Positions 24,151 to 37,555 of a stretch of DNA of 64,000 bases are shown one piece after another (within the stretch, counting starts at the first letter, position 1; each line of letters starts with the position of its first letter). Both the position numbers and the translations under genes were made by a program. This DNA comes from Octopus sinensis (Eukaryota), in contig NC_043012.1 of NCBI RefSeq assembly GCF_006345805.1, positions 36,642,001-36,706,000 of the forward strand, given 5' to 3'. Under the pieces are notes generated by a model, which worked only from the letters and a program-made list of their open reading frames with translations, was not told where the DNA came from and made no database searches.

Positions 24151-26699
24151 GATATTACAAAAATAAAGCAGAAGTCTGTCAGGATTAGAATGTAAGTTGG
24201 ACATTGTGTTATCGGTGAGTAGAAACTTGACTGACGATGTGACAAGTGTGTAACATCACTGCATTAGTCCTCACTTTGATGGTTTAACGAAACCACTCAG
24301 TGCAAAATTAAGCAACTGTTAGGTTACGGTGATATTCATGTGAAGAATGCCATTTGTTGAAAGATGGTGATGAGATACAGGAGAGAACCGTGTCGGTGGC
24401 ACGTAAAAAGCACCATCCGAATCGTGGCCGAAGCCAGTGCCGCCTCAACTGGCTTCCGTGCAGGTGGCATGTAAAATGCACCAATCCGACCGTGGCCAAT
24501 GCCAGCCTCGCCTGGCTCCAGTGCAGGTGGCACGTAAAAAGCACCCACTACACTCACGGAGTGGTTGGCGTTAGGAAGGGCATCCAGCCGTAGAAACATT
24601 GCCAGATAAGACCGGAGCCTGGTGCAGCCTCCTGGCTCCCCAGATCCCCAGTCGAACCGTCCAACCCATGCTAGCATGGAGAACGGACGTTAAACGATGA
24701 TGATGATGATGATGAACCACCGTGGAAAGTATGATGGACTTAAAATGATATCGAATATCCTTATAGAAATGATTCTTTTCTCGAAAACTGGTGGAAGTCT
24801 GTAAAGTGACTGAACAGTTGTGTCCACCGATTAAATAAACCAAAGGGGAGGTGGCAGTGCCGTTTTCAGGCATGGAAACCTAGAACGGTTGCTCGGGGGC
24901 CACACCACTCTAGGCACCCAGTTCTGATCTACGTACGAGAGTGGTTCTCAGCCATTTTTTGCCCATAGATCACTTTGATTCCCATTTTACTCTGCAAGAT
25001 CGAAATAAACATTTGTTTTTTTTAAAACAGTCCCATTACATTTTCATAATTAAATATCATTAGGACTTATATAAAAAATTTTTTTTAATATTTTGTAGAA
25101 GTAAAACCAGTTTATTGGACATGAATTTTAACAGCAAAATCTTATGTAAACCCCAAGAAGGGCCATGTGGACAGCGTATATTGTATGCTGTCAATAAGTA
25201 AATAGTATGGGGCTTATAATCCTGTTAAGACTGCTCTGGGTGGTGGTGGTCGTCGTGAAATAGAAATGATTATTTCCACCTTCCGGCTGAATGTGTCTCT
25301 CCGTAGTTATGTCCCTTTATTTTCTCGCCAACTTCGATATTCGTAGTAAAAAAAAAAAATCAATAATACGAGATACCAGTCTTATACTGAGGATATAATT
25401 TATTGACTTTAGCTTTTAGCACTAGAATAGCTTCAATTTACAGTACTGATTAATGTTATAAATGGAATCGCACATAATCTGATCGAAGAAATTCTTGCAT
25501 ATATGCAAACGTTGGGTGAGGATGCAGTTTCCAGTTTCAAAAACCAATTTATCATCGATCTTTCACTTTGGGACATTAAACTGCTTTTAAAAAATATTTA
25601 AATAAATTTCATGACCGTCTCCAAGCACTTGATGTAGACCTCCATGTTGAGTCTGAAGCCGTATGTATGTATATATGCATATAGGTGCATGTATATATAT
25701 GTCAGGTCACTCTGACATATATATGTCAGAGCGACTGGTAACATGTAGCTCAGTACAACCTGTTGCCTGGTTGGGCCATTGGCAAATAAACTTGCAATAT
25801 TACAAATCCTGCTTGGTGAGTCAGGTGGTTTTTGAACACCTTGTAGGATGAAAAACAAGCCCTGTCAAAGGGTGGGACTTAAAAATGACCGGTTTGGTAC
25901 CAATGAGCACATTTAACCTACCAGGGTGGGTTAGACTCTAATCCATGGCAAAAGCAAATAACCCAGAAGATGAAGAACTCAAGTCGAAAAGCCTGAGGTA
26001 TGTTGTTTGTTGAGTCTGTGGCAATAATTTGTACCAAATTCCTGCCATCTGCATTTCCAAAAAGTGTGGTTGGTCCTACACAAGCCTTCACCACTTGAAA
26101 TAAATCATCTGTTGTGTGGTCTGACAGCTAGGCTGTTGGACTCTCTTATTTCATGAGGGTGATCGTTGACAGAGCGGCTAACCGGCTTCTGTGCCCGTGG
26201 CACATAAAAGGGCACCATTCGAGTGTGATCGTTACCAATGTTGCCTTACTGGCACTTGTGCCTGTGCTAGTAGGGTGTCAAGAGCACCATCCGAGCATGA
26301 TCGTTGCCAGAGCAGCCAACTGGCTTCCGTACCTGAGGCACGTAAAAGGGCACCATTCGAGCGTGATCGTTACCAACGCCGCCTTACTGGCACCTGTGCC
26401 GGTGGCACGTGTAAAAAGATTCGAGCGAGGTCGTTGCCAGTACCACCTGACTGGCACGTAAAAAGCACCCACTGCACTCTCGGAGTGGTTGGCGTTAGGA
26501 AGGGCATCCAGCTGTAGAAACTCTGCCAAATCAAGATTGGAGCCTGGTGCAGCCATCTGGTTCGCCAGCCCTCAGTCAAAATCGTCCAACCCATGCTAGC
26601 ATGGAAGGTGGACGTTAAACGATGATGATAAGAAAATCCACCAAGTGTATGTACATACATGCAAATGTACACTCATGTATTGCTGAGAGTTATTGATCA

Positions 26700-27200
26700 A
26701 AATTGTGGCTGGAGCAAGATCCTAGCTAGATGGTATAAGGGGATATGATGCTGTAGACAGAACCATAAAAGGGAACAGTAAAGGGGGCAGTAGAGAGAAA
26801 TACTAAGTTGTTACAAGAGAAGCTAGGGGTCAGATATACTTAGCGAGGGAAGAAACAGAAAGTAAGAGGTTTGCTCATGTTTTATGGCATAAGGATGAAG
26901 GAAGTGAGGTGTTGAGGATTGCAAGACAGTTTTTTGGAAAAGATCGAGACATCATTAAGGGTTTGTGGGGGGAATTTTATTTAGAATGATTGTAGCATGC
27001 CCTTACCAATACTGAAAAGAAAGATGCATGGAAGAAAGAGGACTTATGTCAAATAGACCCAACAAAGGGACTTTCCAGCCAAGTTGGTAGCAATATTGAA
27101 GACATGGCAATTAAGGATATGAAAGCAGGGAAGGCAGCTGAGGGGCTGAAAATATCTAGAAAGCTGGATCATGTGCTAATCACATGTATAGTCAATCAGG
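26700..27200 (+). mobile_element. Degenerate RTE LINE remnant
   Basis: Decayed ...EKKDAWK...AIKDMKAGKAA reading; the same motif occurs on the minus strand near 44150-44190. Confidence 0.55.
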
Positions 27201-28729
27201 TAGTATAGGAAATTGTCATACCTAATGACAGGTGTAGCAGTTCAGTTTTGTGCCAGGAAGGGTCACTACTGTTTCCCCTCTTGCATGACTAGAAGTAAGC
27301 TGATGTACCAAGCATTTGATTATCGAGTGGAGGCCTTTGACTGGGTTCCATGCTTTGTAAAGTGGTGGTCATTCATCATCATCATCATCATCGTTTAACG
27401 TCCGCTTTCCATGCTAGCATGGGTTGGACGGTTCAACTGGGGTCTGGGGAGCCCGAAGGCTGCACCAGGCCAGTCAGATCTGGCAGTGATTGTACAGCCA
27501 GAAAACAAAAAAAAAAACCCAAGTAGTGGCTTGTGAGGGTCATCTGAGCCATCCATAGTGGTGTGAGTACAGTGATGAGTTAGCTGATAACAGACTACCA
27601 GAATGTTCCTTCTCGAGCCATGCCTGGCTCATAAGGGCTGGTTTCCTGGTTTCATTGGTGTATAGGTTCCCCACCTGGACAGGACGCTGGTCCATTGCAG
27701 GTGAGCTGCAAGATGCAGGAGGAAAGAGTGAAAGAAAGTTGTGGTGAAAGAGTCAGCAGAGGTTCGCCATTACCTTCTGCCGGAGACACACGGAGCTTTG
27801 GTGTTTTGCTCATAAACATACACATCGCCTGGTCTGAGATTTGAACCCGTGATCCCTCAACTGCAAGTCCACTGCTCTAACCACTAGGCTATGTGCCTCC
27901 ACTAGTTATATATGTAATGACTTCAAATTTTGGCACAAAGCCAGCAGGTTTGGGGAGGGAGTAAGTCGATTACATTGACCCCAATATGCAACTGGTACTT
28001 ATTTTATCAAACCGCAAAAGAATGAAAGGCAAAGTCAACCTCGGTAGAATTTGAACTCAAAATGTGAAGACGGACAAAATGCTGCCAAGCATTTAACCTG
28101 GCGCCCTAACGATTCTTTTCTACTCTAGGAACAAGGCCTGAAATTTTGGGGGAGGGGGCCAGTCGATTAGATTGACCCTGGTACGCAACTGGTACTTAAT
28201 TTATTGACCCCGAAAGGATGAAAGGCAAAGACGACTTTGGTGGAATTTGAACTCAGAACATAAAGACAGGCGAAATACCGCTAAGCATTTCGCCCGATGT
28301 GCTAATGACTCTGCCAGCTCGCCACCTTAGTTATTTATATAATGATATAATAATAATGAATTTATTGTATCAAAATAAATATCAAATGGAAATTGTAGTT
28401 ACGATACCTGTGCCGGTGGCATGTAAAAAGCACCATTTGAACGTGGCCGATACCAGCGCCACCTTGACTGGCTTCCGTGCCGATGGCACGTAAAAAGCAC
28501 CAACCGATCGTGGCCGCTGCCAGCCTCCCTGGCACCTGTGCCAGTGGCACGTAAAAAGCACCCACTACACTCATGGAGTGGTTGGCGTTAAGAAGGGCAT
28601 CCAGCTGTAGAAACTCTGCCAGATCAGACTGGGCCTGACGCAGCCTTCTGGCTTCCCAGGTCCCCGGTTGAACCGTTCAACCCATGCTAGCATGGAAAGC
28701 GGACGTTAAACGATGATGATGATATATAT

Positions 28730-29200
28730 ACTGTGCTCAGGTGCACCACAACTGATCAGAAAAGGTAGCTAAATGTGTATGTAGAGGACATAGAATAATG
28801 CACAGGAAGAGTGGTTAAAAAAAGGAGTTGAGGAGACATCAGGTGTACTGTTGATGAATTTCAGGAAGTGTGGAAGTTTTGAAGGATGTAGTGTCCTGAC
28901 AGCTAACAACTGATGCAGGGAGTTTATTAAATTCTTCAGCAATTCCGAGTGTGAAAAAATGTTTCTGAAAGTTATGGTTCTTATGTTGTTTTTTGATTTT
29001 GTAAGCATGTCCATGAGCGTTAGACATATGGAATTCAGAAAGGTGCCCCCATGGTTGTTGTTGTTAGAAAGATGGTGGATAATCTTGTGGGTGTCTACCA
29101 TGTTAGTTACCACATGTCTGTGCCCAGGGAAGTAAGACATTCAGAGCATGGTAGATGCCTGATGGTGGGTATTTGTCTGGGTCCTAATTTCTAAACAGTT
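28730..29200 (-). mobile_element. CR1-clade LINE 3' fragment (older copy of the 1560-2200 family)
   Basis: SNAHGHAYKIKKQHKNHNFQKHFFTLGIAEEFNKLPASVVSCQDTTSFKTSTLPEIHQQYT, with the same tail as at 1590-1620. Confidence 0.8.
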
Positions 29201-30831
29201 TCCAGTTCACAGCATTCTTCTATTTATTTTACTTCTCTTTACCATAACAGAGAAGTTTAAGGCTGACTGTAAATGGGAACTCCTGTATGTTTAAAGAACT
29301 AGTTCTTATAGATGGATTGGTCAAAGATTCGGAGAAAGAATTCCAAATATGGAAACCAAATCTAAATTAAAGATGTCTCACAGTAAACTTAGCAAAGATT
29401 AAAATCTAGTCAGTAGGAAAGAAAGCAAAACTTGCTATTATCAGACATGACTGCATTGGTGTATGAGATACATATTGAGGATAACAGCTGTAGAAAGCAG
29501 TGTGGTGCATTCAGAGGGGATATAAGAAGGTGATTGAGGAAAACATGAGACAACGTGGTGATGACCAGCTTGAGGAACCTGGACCTTCTGAAGATGACAA
29601 GGGAATGGAATGATTTGGGATATGCAGTGTTTGATAAACCCTGTCCACTGGTGAAAGCACAGTGAAACAAACACTGAACAGATGGTATTGATGTTGTGAT
29701 CTATCCTTCCTAGGTTATTTATATCCCTTTCACATCCCCCCCTTCCCTCCACATTGGTATTTTCCATCAACCACTCCTCCCCCTTTGTTCATCACTTGCT
29801 ACATTCACTCCTTTCTTCAATCATATGTCACTCTCCGCTCACACTCTTATGAAACTCCTCGTCCCATATGATCCACTGTCTGTGTCCCCTCTTCTTATAC
29901 TTCTTGTACCTTGAGGGTTTTCTCTGGCATCCCAGCACTACCATCTTTATTTTCTTCCTAGCTACTCCCACCCACCCACCATTAGATAATTGGAAATAGC
30001 CATGTACCTTCCCTACAGTAAGACACCCGTGTTTGTCCCTCTACCATACTTCAGCCTCTCAACATCTAACGTAACCCCCCCCCCCCCCCGTCAACTACTC
30101 TCCCTCACCACTTAGTCAGGGAGAGCTTTTTCTTTTTTCTTTTCCCTCTTCCTGTTCTGCAAATGAATCGACAACCTCACTTGTGCTGGTGGTATGAGAA
30201 AAACACCCAGTACACACTGTAAAGTGTTTGGCATTAAGAATGGTATCGAGGTATGGAAGCCATGCCAAAGCTAACAGTTGAGCCTGATGCAGCCCTGTGG
30301 CTTGATGTAGCCCTGTCAAAGAGTCCAACCCATTCCAGCATGGAAAACAGATAGCCAATGATGACGATAATGGTGATGTCTGTCTGAATCCAGAGTTGGG
30401 TTTCTTATCTAATACATCCCTGTTATTCCTTCACCTATTTTGACCACCCCTTTCACACCCTTTAATCTCTCTATCAGACACTCGTTCCTTCCCATCACTT
30501 AACTCTCTCCATTCACTGATGCCACTGCAACCAGGAAACAACACCGAAGCCTCTCCCTTTTTCATCTCCCTGACACTCACCACTGCTCTACTCCCTTTGT
30601 TCACTGCACCATGCGATCCATGCAGCATAAAATTGTACTGGACACGTGCCCTATTCTACTACCACTCTAGGGTCGGATTAAGACCCATAAAAGCCCCAAA
30701 CACTTAAAAGGGTGGCCCCATGTATATGCAATTTAAAAATATAAAAACCATAAGATAAGTTATTAAACATTGATTAAATCTATTAGGCGAATATTAACAA
30801 TATTCAGTCGCATTAATCATGGCTACTCACA

Positions 30832-31228
30832 TCTTTATATATAAAAGTAAGGTTGTGTGTCTGTCTCCTACGATTTAGATTCCTAACTACTCCCACATTT
30901 TGCGGTGCAGTGTAACCAAAACCGGGTATCTTATAGTCGTGATTCATATCGAGCCCTTCTGGGTATTAGCGCGCGTCTACGATGAGTCTACGATTTTAAA
31001 AAAATTTACCATGATTTTTTTCCATTTTAATGCATTTTTTCGCTATTATATAAGAGAAGTAACTCTCTAAAAATGTCTACGATGAGTCAACGATTTAAAA
31101 AAAAAATTACCATAATTTTTTTTCCATTTTTAATGCATTTTTCTGCTATTTTTTGGCTATAACTGTCTAAAAATGCTTATATAGTTATTTCCCTTACAAA
31201 CCCGAGCAACGCCGGGCACTACTGCTAG
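30832..31228 (+). mobile_element. Non-autonomous Helitron (about 400 bp)
   Basis: Inserted between A and T; 5' TC, 3' hairpin cccgagcaacgccggg followed by CTAG. Confidence 0.85.
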
Positions 31229-32689
31229 TACATTATAAAGTACACGTAATTACATAACAGCACTGGCGTACGAACACGCACGCACGCTCAAAATATGTTG
31301 TTTCTCAACTTCATTAATCTTTTAAATGATTAATATTGAAATTAAAAACAAAAAATATTTTAACCCAGAGAAAAGAAACTTCATTGGGTTCCGTGAATGA
31401 ATATCTCTGCCGAAATATCGAACAAATTGGGACAAGAAGCAACTTCACGAAATATATATAAACATTTGAAAGTTTATAGTAATTTCGGCATACCCTCATA
31501 AAAGAGTTTGATTTCTCCATAGCTTCCAGAAAAATGGATATTTGTAATGAAATTTTCTACAAATTCCTCCTAGATAAGGTGGATTAATATTATATCGGAA
31601 TTTAATGCCAAAAACAATTAAGGGCGCGCACTGACACACACCACATACCTTGAAATGAAACTCGAAATTTTGAAAAAAATTATGTGATTTGTTTCAGTGT
31701 GCAATGTGTGCGCGCTCAGTATTATTATTATTATTATTATTTTTAGATTAAATTCCAATATAATCGCAACCTATACGACCAGAAAGTTGCTTGTACAAAA
31801 TTTCATTATAAAATATCAAATTTTCTGAAAGTTATGAAGAAAAAAAGTCAGGGCGAGTTGTGTTGGTATGCTGTAACTTCCAAGCAAAAGTAATTTTCTG
31901 TCCGGGTTGATAAAATTACTTACGATCCAACGAATTTTGAAATGTTTGAATAATAGACACTCACTCTGACTATTTCACTTCATTTTTTATTAATCATTTG
32001 GTTAACCAAATCGTTCGGTCAGCTACGTTTGTGAAAGTCCTACTGTCATCGTTCGCGATCCCATCATCGACATGCTCGCTTTACTCCAAGTCTGTCTCCT
32101 AGTTTATAAATATTTATGCTTATATGGACGTGATTGAGAAATCCTCGTGAGATACAACAAAATGTATTTGAATGCACGGATCTTGCAAAACCAAATACAA
32201 AACCCTAAACATTTGAAAAATACGGAAAAATAAAATAAAAATATGACTAGATGGTTACGTGTGAAAATCTGGTAGGAATCGAAACCTTCACGTCGAGTAC
32301 TTGCTTTTTTTGGTATGTATTGTAGTTTATAAGCTTACTACACTCAATAGAATATAGTCTTGGATAGAGAGACAAATGCAGCAGAGATAAGGGAGGAGGT
32401 GTGCTGGTTCTTAACACGATCGTTTGACAGTGACTTTACAATGACAGAGTGTAGCTGTCATTTTTACTGACTCATCGATTTGCCTGTCACACAGCAGCCA
32501 GTCACAAATACACGCAATTAAGTTCACAGCTTTCCTCCTTTACAGCCACAATATGCCGTCGCGATTTGCTGTCATCTCATTCATTCATTGATTAAATTTT
32601 CAATAATAAACAACCTTTCCTTTCCCTTCTTTTGCCAACCAATTCACTTTGTAATCATTTGACACATGTGCGTCATTAAGCGAGCTGTT

Positions 32690-32716
32690 TCTCACGTGAT
32701 TCGGTTCCTCCAATCA
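32690..32716 (+). promoter_or_regulatory. Possible promoter motifs (TCACGTGA E-box, CCAAT) upstream of V4
   Basis: tcacgtga at 32692-32699 and ccaat at 32710-32714 in a repeat-free, CpG-containing block. They lie unusually close to the ATG, so this is tentative. Confidence 0.3.
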
Positions 32717-32763
32717 GATGCAAGAGTTAGATATACGACAGTTTCTCGGGAATTTTGGTGATC

Positions 32764-33981
32764 ATGTCGGATGTAGCTGACTCAAAGCCATTACCGTCTT
32801 CGCTTACGCAATCCTTTATGAATGACTTCAACGCTGATATTGTTAGCAGAACCAAAAGCGATAAAAATGTTCTGTTAGTTGCAGATGATCCCCCTCCTGC
32901 AATGAATTCTATAAACTTCATAAACCTAGACGAATGCAACCAGCTGGCTGGTTCGAGGAACACTAAACGGGTCACCGCCAGTTCTGTTAAATTGTTTCGA
33001 GCCTTTTTAAAGGAGACCAATAATGGAAGGACTGATTTTGAAAATTTTGATGAAGAAATCCTTATCAATCATTTGATAACTTTTTTTAAGCGGGTAAGAA
33101 AACCAGATGGTGATCTCTATACGAAGAATGGTTTGCTGTCAATTCGTTTCGGACTCAGAAGGCGCTTGTTAGACTTACGTAAAGTTGATATTACTAAGCA
33201 CCCTCACCTTAATTCAGTTTTTACTGCTCAGATCAATAAATTGAAACGAGAAGGCAAAGGAGATATAAACCATTACCCTCCCATTAGTCACGATGACATG
33301 TTCAAAATTTATAGTTCAGGGATTTTGTCACCCGACACGCCGAAAGGGTTGTTAAGGAAGATTTTCTTTGAAACTGAAATGTTTTTTTGTCGACGAAGTA
33401 GAGAAAACCTAAGGGATTTGAAAGGAAGTCACTTTAAAATTGAAACCGACGATCAGGGCAAAAAATATTTGACCACAGATTTTGATCCATCATTTGGTGG
33501 TGGACCAATCAAACGGATTTATGAAACTGGCACAGACATATGTCCCGTGAAAGCTTTCCGCAAGTTTTTGCTGAAACGTCATTCTAGCTGTGAGGCGTTA
33601 TTTCAACGTCCCGTGGATATAATTCCGTTTTCTGAGCAGGATCCTTGGTTCCATTGTTCAGCTCTCGGCCTCAATAAACTCGCCAACATGATGAGAGAAA
33701 TTTCTTCAGAAGCCTGCCTGTCCAAGATATATACAAATCATTCCATAAGAGCTACTTCAAAATCGGTCTTTGATCTCGTCTGGAACGGGCTCTTCTCGCA
33801 GAATTCAGCGAATCCAATAGCACCTGCCTCTAGTGAGATCAGCAATATTAGTGACACAACTTCTGTTTCAAGGGAGAAGCCAGGGCAGCGACGGCCATCG
33901 TCATCTCGAGGAAATGAAACTGATATCGATTTGAAATCGAACTTAGACATACAAGAAATTGAAAGGAAACACGCCCCTGTG
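32764..33981 (+). CDS. Crypton-derived DUF3504 tyrosine-recombinase-like first coding exon V4 (406 aa), ends at phase-0 donor
   Basis: DGDLYTKNGLLSIRFGL...PPISHDDMFKIYSSGILSPDTPKGLLRKIFFE...FFCRRSRENLRDL...YETGTDICPVKAF...LFQRP...LSKIYTNHSIRATS resembles the DUF3504 domains of KCTD1/KIAA1958/ZMYM-type proteins as I recall them. In-frame TAG at 32728-32730 lies upstream. Donor GTG|GTGAGT at 33982. Confidence 0.85.
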
Positions 33982-35544
33982 GTGAGTTCTTCATTAATAC
34001 TCATCTTTATAAAACAGACTCCCATCTCCACTTCTTCACCTGTTGTACCTTGTTTCTCTTCCACGGTCCTCCAGTCTTCTAATTTCACCTCTTTTATGAC
34101 TCTTGCTCGTCGTAAATTAAGTGAGGTCACAAATTTGGTCCGGGGGCTGCTTAACTGACATTGATATACCAATAACGAAAGCAAAGACTGAATCACACTC
34201 AAATATAACTGGGTGTGACCTAGATATTAAGCTACTATTTCTTGCAGATTGAGCGACCACTATACTCTTTGAATCGGGTATAGTGATGTATAGAGTGAAA
34301 GAGGTTGCGGCTATTATGCCTTTCCGTAATCCTTACTACAAACAATAACTGTAACATGTAATATGCCCACACTCTGATGTATACCAGCCAGTGTATCATT
34401 TGAGTAAGGTGAAGGGTTCCATGTGTGTTGCTCTTGTTTAGCCCAAGGTCAACTTCATTGAGGCAACCTGTAATCAGAGCCTTTCCGACTGTGACAATTT
34501 CGTCTTTTTTTACTTAAAACGAAATTCAGCCACTGTGTATCGAGGGTAAACCCTACCATCTTAAGGGTGGGGTGGGGGGAGAGAACTGTGTTTCTTTTCT
34601 TTAAAACGGTGAGGATATAATCTGAAGAAGAGCTGACTATTATTTCTAGCAGGCCGAGTGTCCACGTAGAGGGTCGACCTGCAAGAAATTGGGGGTTTAG
34701 TGGTATAAAAAAGTGTGGGTTGTATTGTGATAGGAGGATGGGCGATATAGGTGTGCGAGGGCCCTATTATTGTTGTTGGGATGAGTGGTGGGGTTTAGCT
34801 CCCCCAGGTCAACTCTGATTGAGCAGATTTTTTTTACCAAAGACATTTCAAACGTGACCATCCCGTCTTTCTTAAATACAGGCAACCGAAGACGTCATCT
34901 AACGGAGCCAGTTTAAAGATGATAAGGCGTGATTTGAGGGAGATTTAGTTGCTATTTCTAGCAGATCTAGCTACAATGAAAAAGTGTCCTTTGGACCGAG
35001 TGCAGGGATGTATAGGGAAGAGATATTACCTATACAAGTGTGCTCCCCACCGACTTTGTTTCCTCATAACTTCCAGAAAAATGGATATTGTTTAATGAAA
35101 TTTTCTACAAATATGCTTCAGACGATACAGTTTTCGATTACATCGGAATTTGTTGTTAAAAAAAGTTTTTCCGAGGGTAGGGAGATGGATTTCGGAATAT
35201 ACACAAGAATTGGCTCTGGTTTCTCATAACTTAACGAAAAATGGATATTTTTTAATGAAATTTTCAATAAAATCCTTTTCAGATCTATATTACGATTATA
35301 TCAGAATTTAAACCCTAATCCTAATCCCCTCCCCAAAAGACAAAAACTGGTGGGTGTGCACATATACTTACTGACACATCACGAAATGAAACTTGAAATT
35401 TCGTAAAAATTGTGACGTGTGCCAAGTATGTGTGTGTGTATGTGTGTGTGTTTACCGTTTTGTTTTCATATCAAATTCCGATTTAATCGTAATTTACAAT
35501 TATCTAGAAGGTACTTGTAGGAAATTTCATAGAAAAAAAAGTTA

Positions 35545-35966
35545 GGCGATCTTTCGTCTCTCGTAGACCTTTCCGTCGATTTCCGTAAAAAATTTTTTTT
35601 TTTTTTTACATATGGGCTTGCGGGAACTTTTGAAGTAATATACATACATATATACACATACACCGAGTAAAAAATTCCAGTTATCTCTTTCTTTCACACA
35701 TTACTCTGTCTCTTCACACACACTAACAGAAGCACTTCACTTACACAACATACTGTCTGTCTCCCACACCCCATCAAACACACACATGTACATCAATGCT
35801 TCACATGCACGGTAACTTCAAAAGAACTTCCCTCGTCATACAATAGCTTTCTCTTAGTCTCTTTCGCTCTCATTACTTCAAAAGTTCCCGCAAGCCCATA
35901 TGTAAAAAAAAAAAAAAAATTTTTACGTAAATCGACGGAAAGGTCTACTAGAGACGAAAGATTGCC
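35545..35966. mobile_element. Foldback/MITE-like element with about 95-bp TIRs
   Basis: 35545-35639 is the reverse complement of 35872-35966. Flanks aaaagtta / aaaaggta could be an 8-bp TSD with one mismatch. Confidence 0.7.
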
Positions 35967-37444
35967 AAAAGGTACCATTTTTCTGAAAGTTATGAGGAAA
36001 CAAAGCTAACAAGTGTTAATTTTCAGAAACTGTCCCCCCCCCCATCCACCTCGGTAAACATTTTAAACAACAATTCCGATATAATCGTGTCTACATCATC
36101 TGAAGCGTATTAAAAAAAATCATTAAAAAAATATTCATTTTTCTGGAAGTTTTGAGGAAACAAAATCGGGGTATGGTTGGGGTATGCCACACACACACAT
36201 AATGTAAAGAAGTGGTACGAATGTATATTGTGGTAGGTAGAGGGTGAATACTCTGGTACAGTGTACTATATAATAAAGTAGAAGAAAAATAAATAAAGTC
36301 GGTGCTTCAGCATGGCCGCAGTCTGGTGATTGAAACCATTAAAAGAATAAAGGAATGCGTGTGTAAAATGGTTTTGTTAAGGCAGGCCAGTCCTGAGTGA
36401 GTGGAACTATGATCAGAGGCATGCCATCGATGACCATCTCGTCTTTTCCTCATGTGTAGGTAACGTGGAGCCACACTATCGAATGGATCCTTTTTCTAAA
36501 ACGTTAGGGGGGGGGGTGCCTTGGCTGCTATTTCTAGCGGGTCAAGTGACCACATGAAATTCCCGCGGCATGTGTGTAATAGACGTACGATTTAGTAAAG
36601 GGGGCAAATTTTTACGAGTACACCCCACTCCACGCGGTTCACTAAGTAAAACAAATACCCTCGGATTTACCGTATGTAACAGGGTGGAGAGGCAGTGTGT
36701 GTCCGTATCCTTTATCGTTTACTTCTTTCAGTCATTAGACCATGGCCATGTTGGGGCACTGCCTCGAAGAGTTTAGTCGGATGTATCGATCCCAAGTACC
36801 GAATTATTTAAGCTTGGGTTCGTTTGCCACCCGTCTAACTTACGAGAAAGTAAACAAACTTACGTGCGCACACGTAAATACGACGGGCTTCTTTCAGTTT
36901 CCGTCTACCAAATCCACTCACAAGGCTTTGGTCGGTTCGTGGCTATAGTACAAGACACGAGCCCAAGGTGCCACGCAGTGGGACTGAACCCGGAACCATG
37001 TGGTTGGGAAGCAAACCTCTTTCCACACTTCTTACACACACACACACACACTTAGTAATTAGCGTCCAGCGATGTTGGATGTACGGAGGAGCGTGTATAT
37101 ATAGGCTTGTGTATATATCAAACTGTGGACTAGCGTGTTGTTTATCTGCTCTTATTTCAGTCCCGAGTAAAGCTATGACAGCAAGATTCCAACCATGACC
37201 ATCCTGTCTTTTTATATATCAGTGACTACATTGTTCTATATATGCTTCCCTTTTCTTCACGACTCTTCATTTGGCTGCTATTTCTTGCAGTTCAAGCTTA
37301 CCACGTGGAAACACCCTTGTTGGCTTGTAGTGTCGTGGTGTGTGTCTCTGTGTATGCATATTGGTGGTGTGTGTGTGCGTGTATGTACATACAGTTGTGT
37401 GTATAGTGAGGTGAGTGCTGTGTGTGTGTGTGTGTATATATATA

Positions 37445-37499
<55 letters not shown>

Positions 37500-37512
37500 A
37501 TGTATATATATA

Positions 37513-37555
<43 letters not shown>

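Noticed and set aside
25945-25998. Short ATG-to-donor segment MAKANNPEDEELKSKSL(R)|gtatgt as another variable exon
   Set aside because: It is very short, in phase 2, has no domain and lies in decayed repeat-like sequence.
23660-28725. Regularly recurring gtggcacgtaaaaagcac units that could suggest a CRISPR-like array
   Set aside because: They are internal repeats of SINE-like family 3 in a eukaryotic context, with no unique spacers or cas genes.
33738-34202. 154-aa minus ORF, and 32727-33068 (-), overlapping V4
   Set aside because: These are antisense shadows of the DUF3504 coding exon, with no recognisable domain.
34248-34283. Possible short terminal exon for V4 (ttgcag|IERPLYSLNRV*)
   Set aside because: The acceptor context gctactatttcttgcagattgagcgacca matches the dispersed repeat gctgctatttctagcaggtcgagcgacc seen at about 8415, 34640, 34945, 36522, 54450 and 63970. 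It is probably repeat-derived, but cannot be excluded without RNA data.
31515-36170. Degenerate repeat (cttccagaaaaatggatatt...atgaaattttc) on both sides of V4 as possible Crypton termini
   Set aside because: The same repeat occurs at about 11355 and in both orientations. It looks like a generic dispersed family, not element ends.
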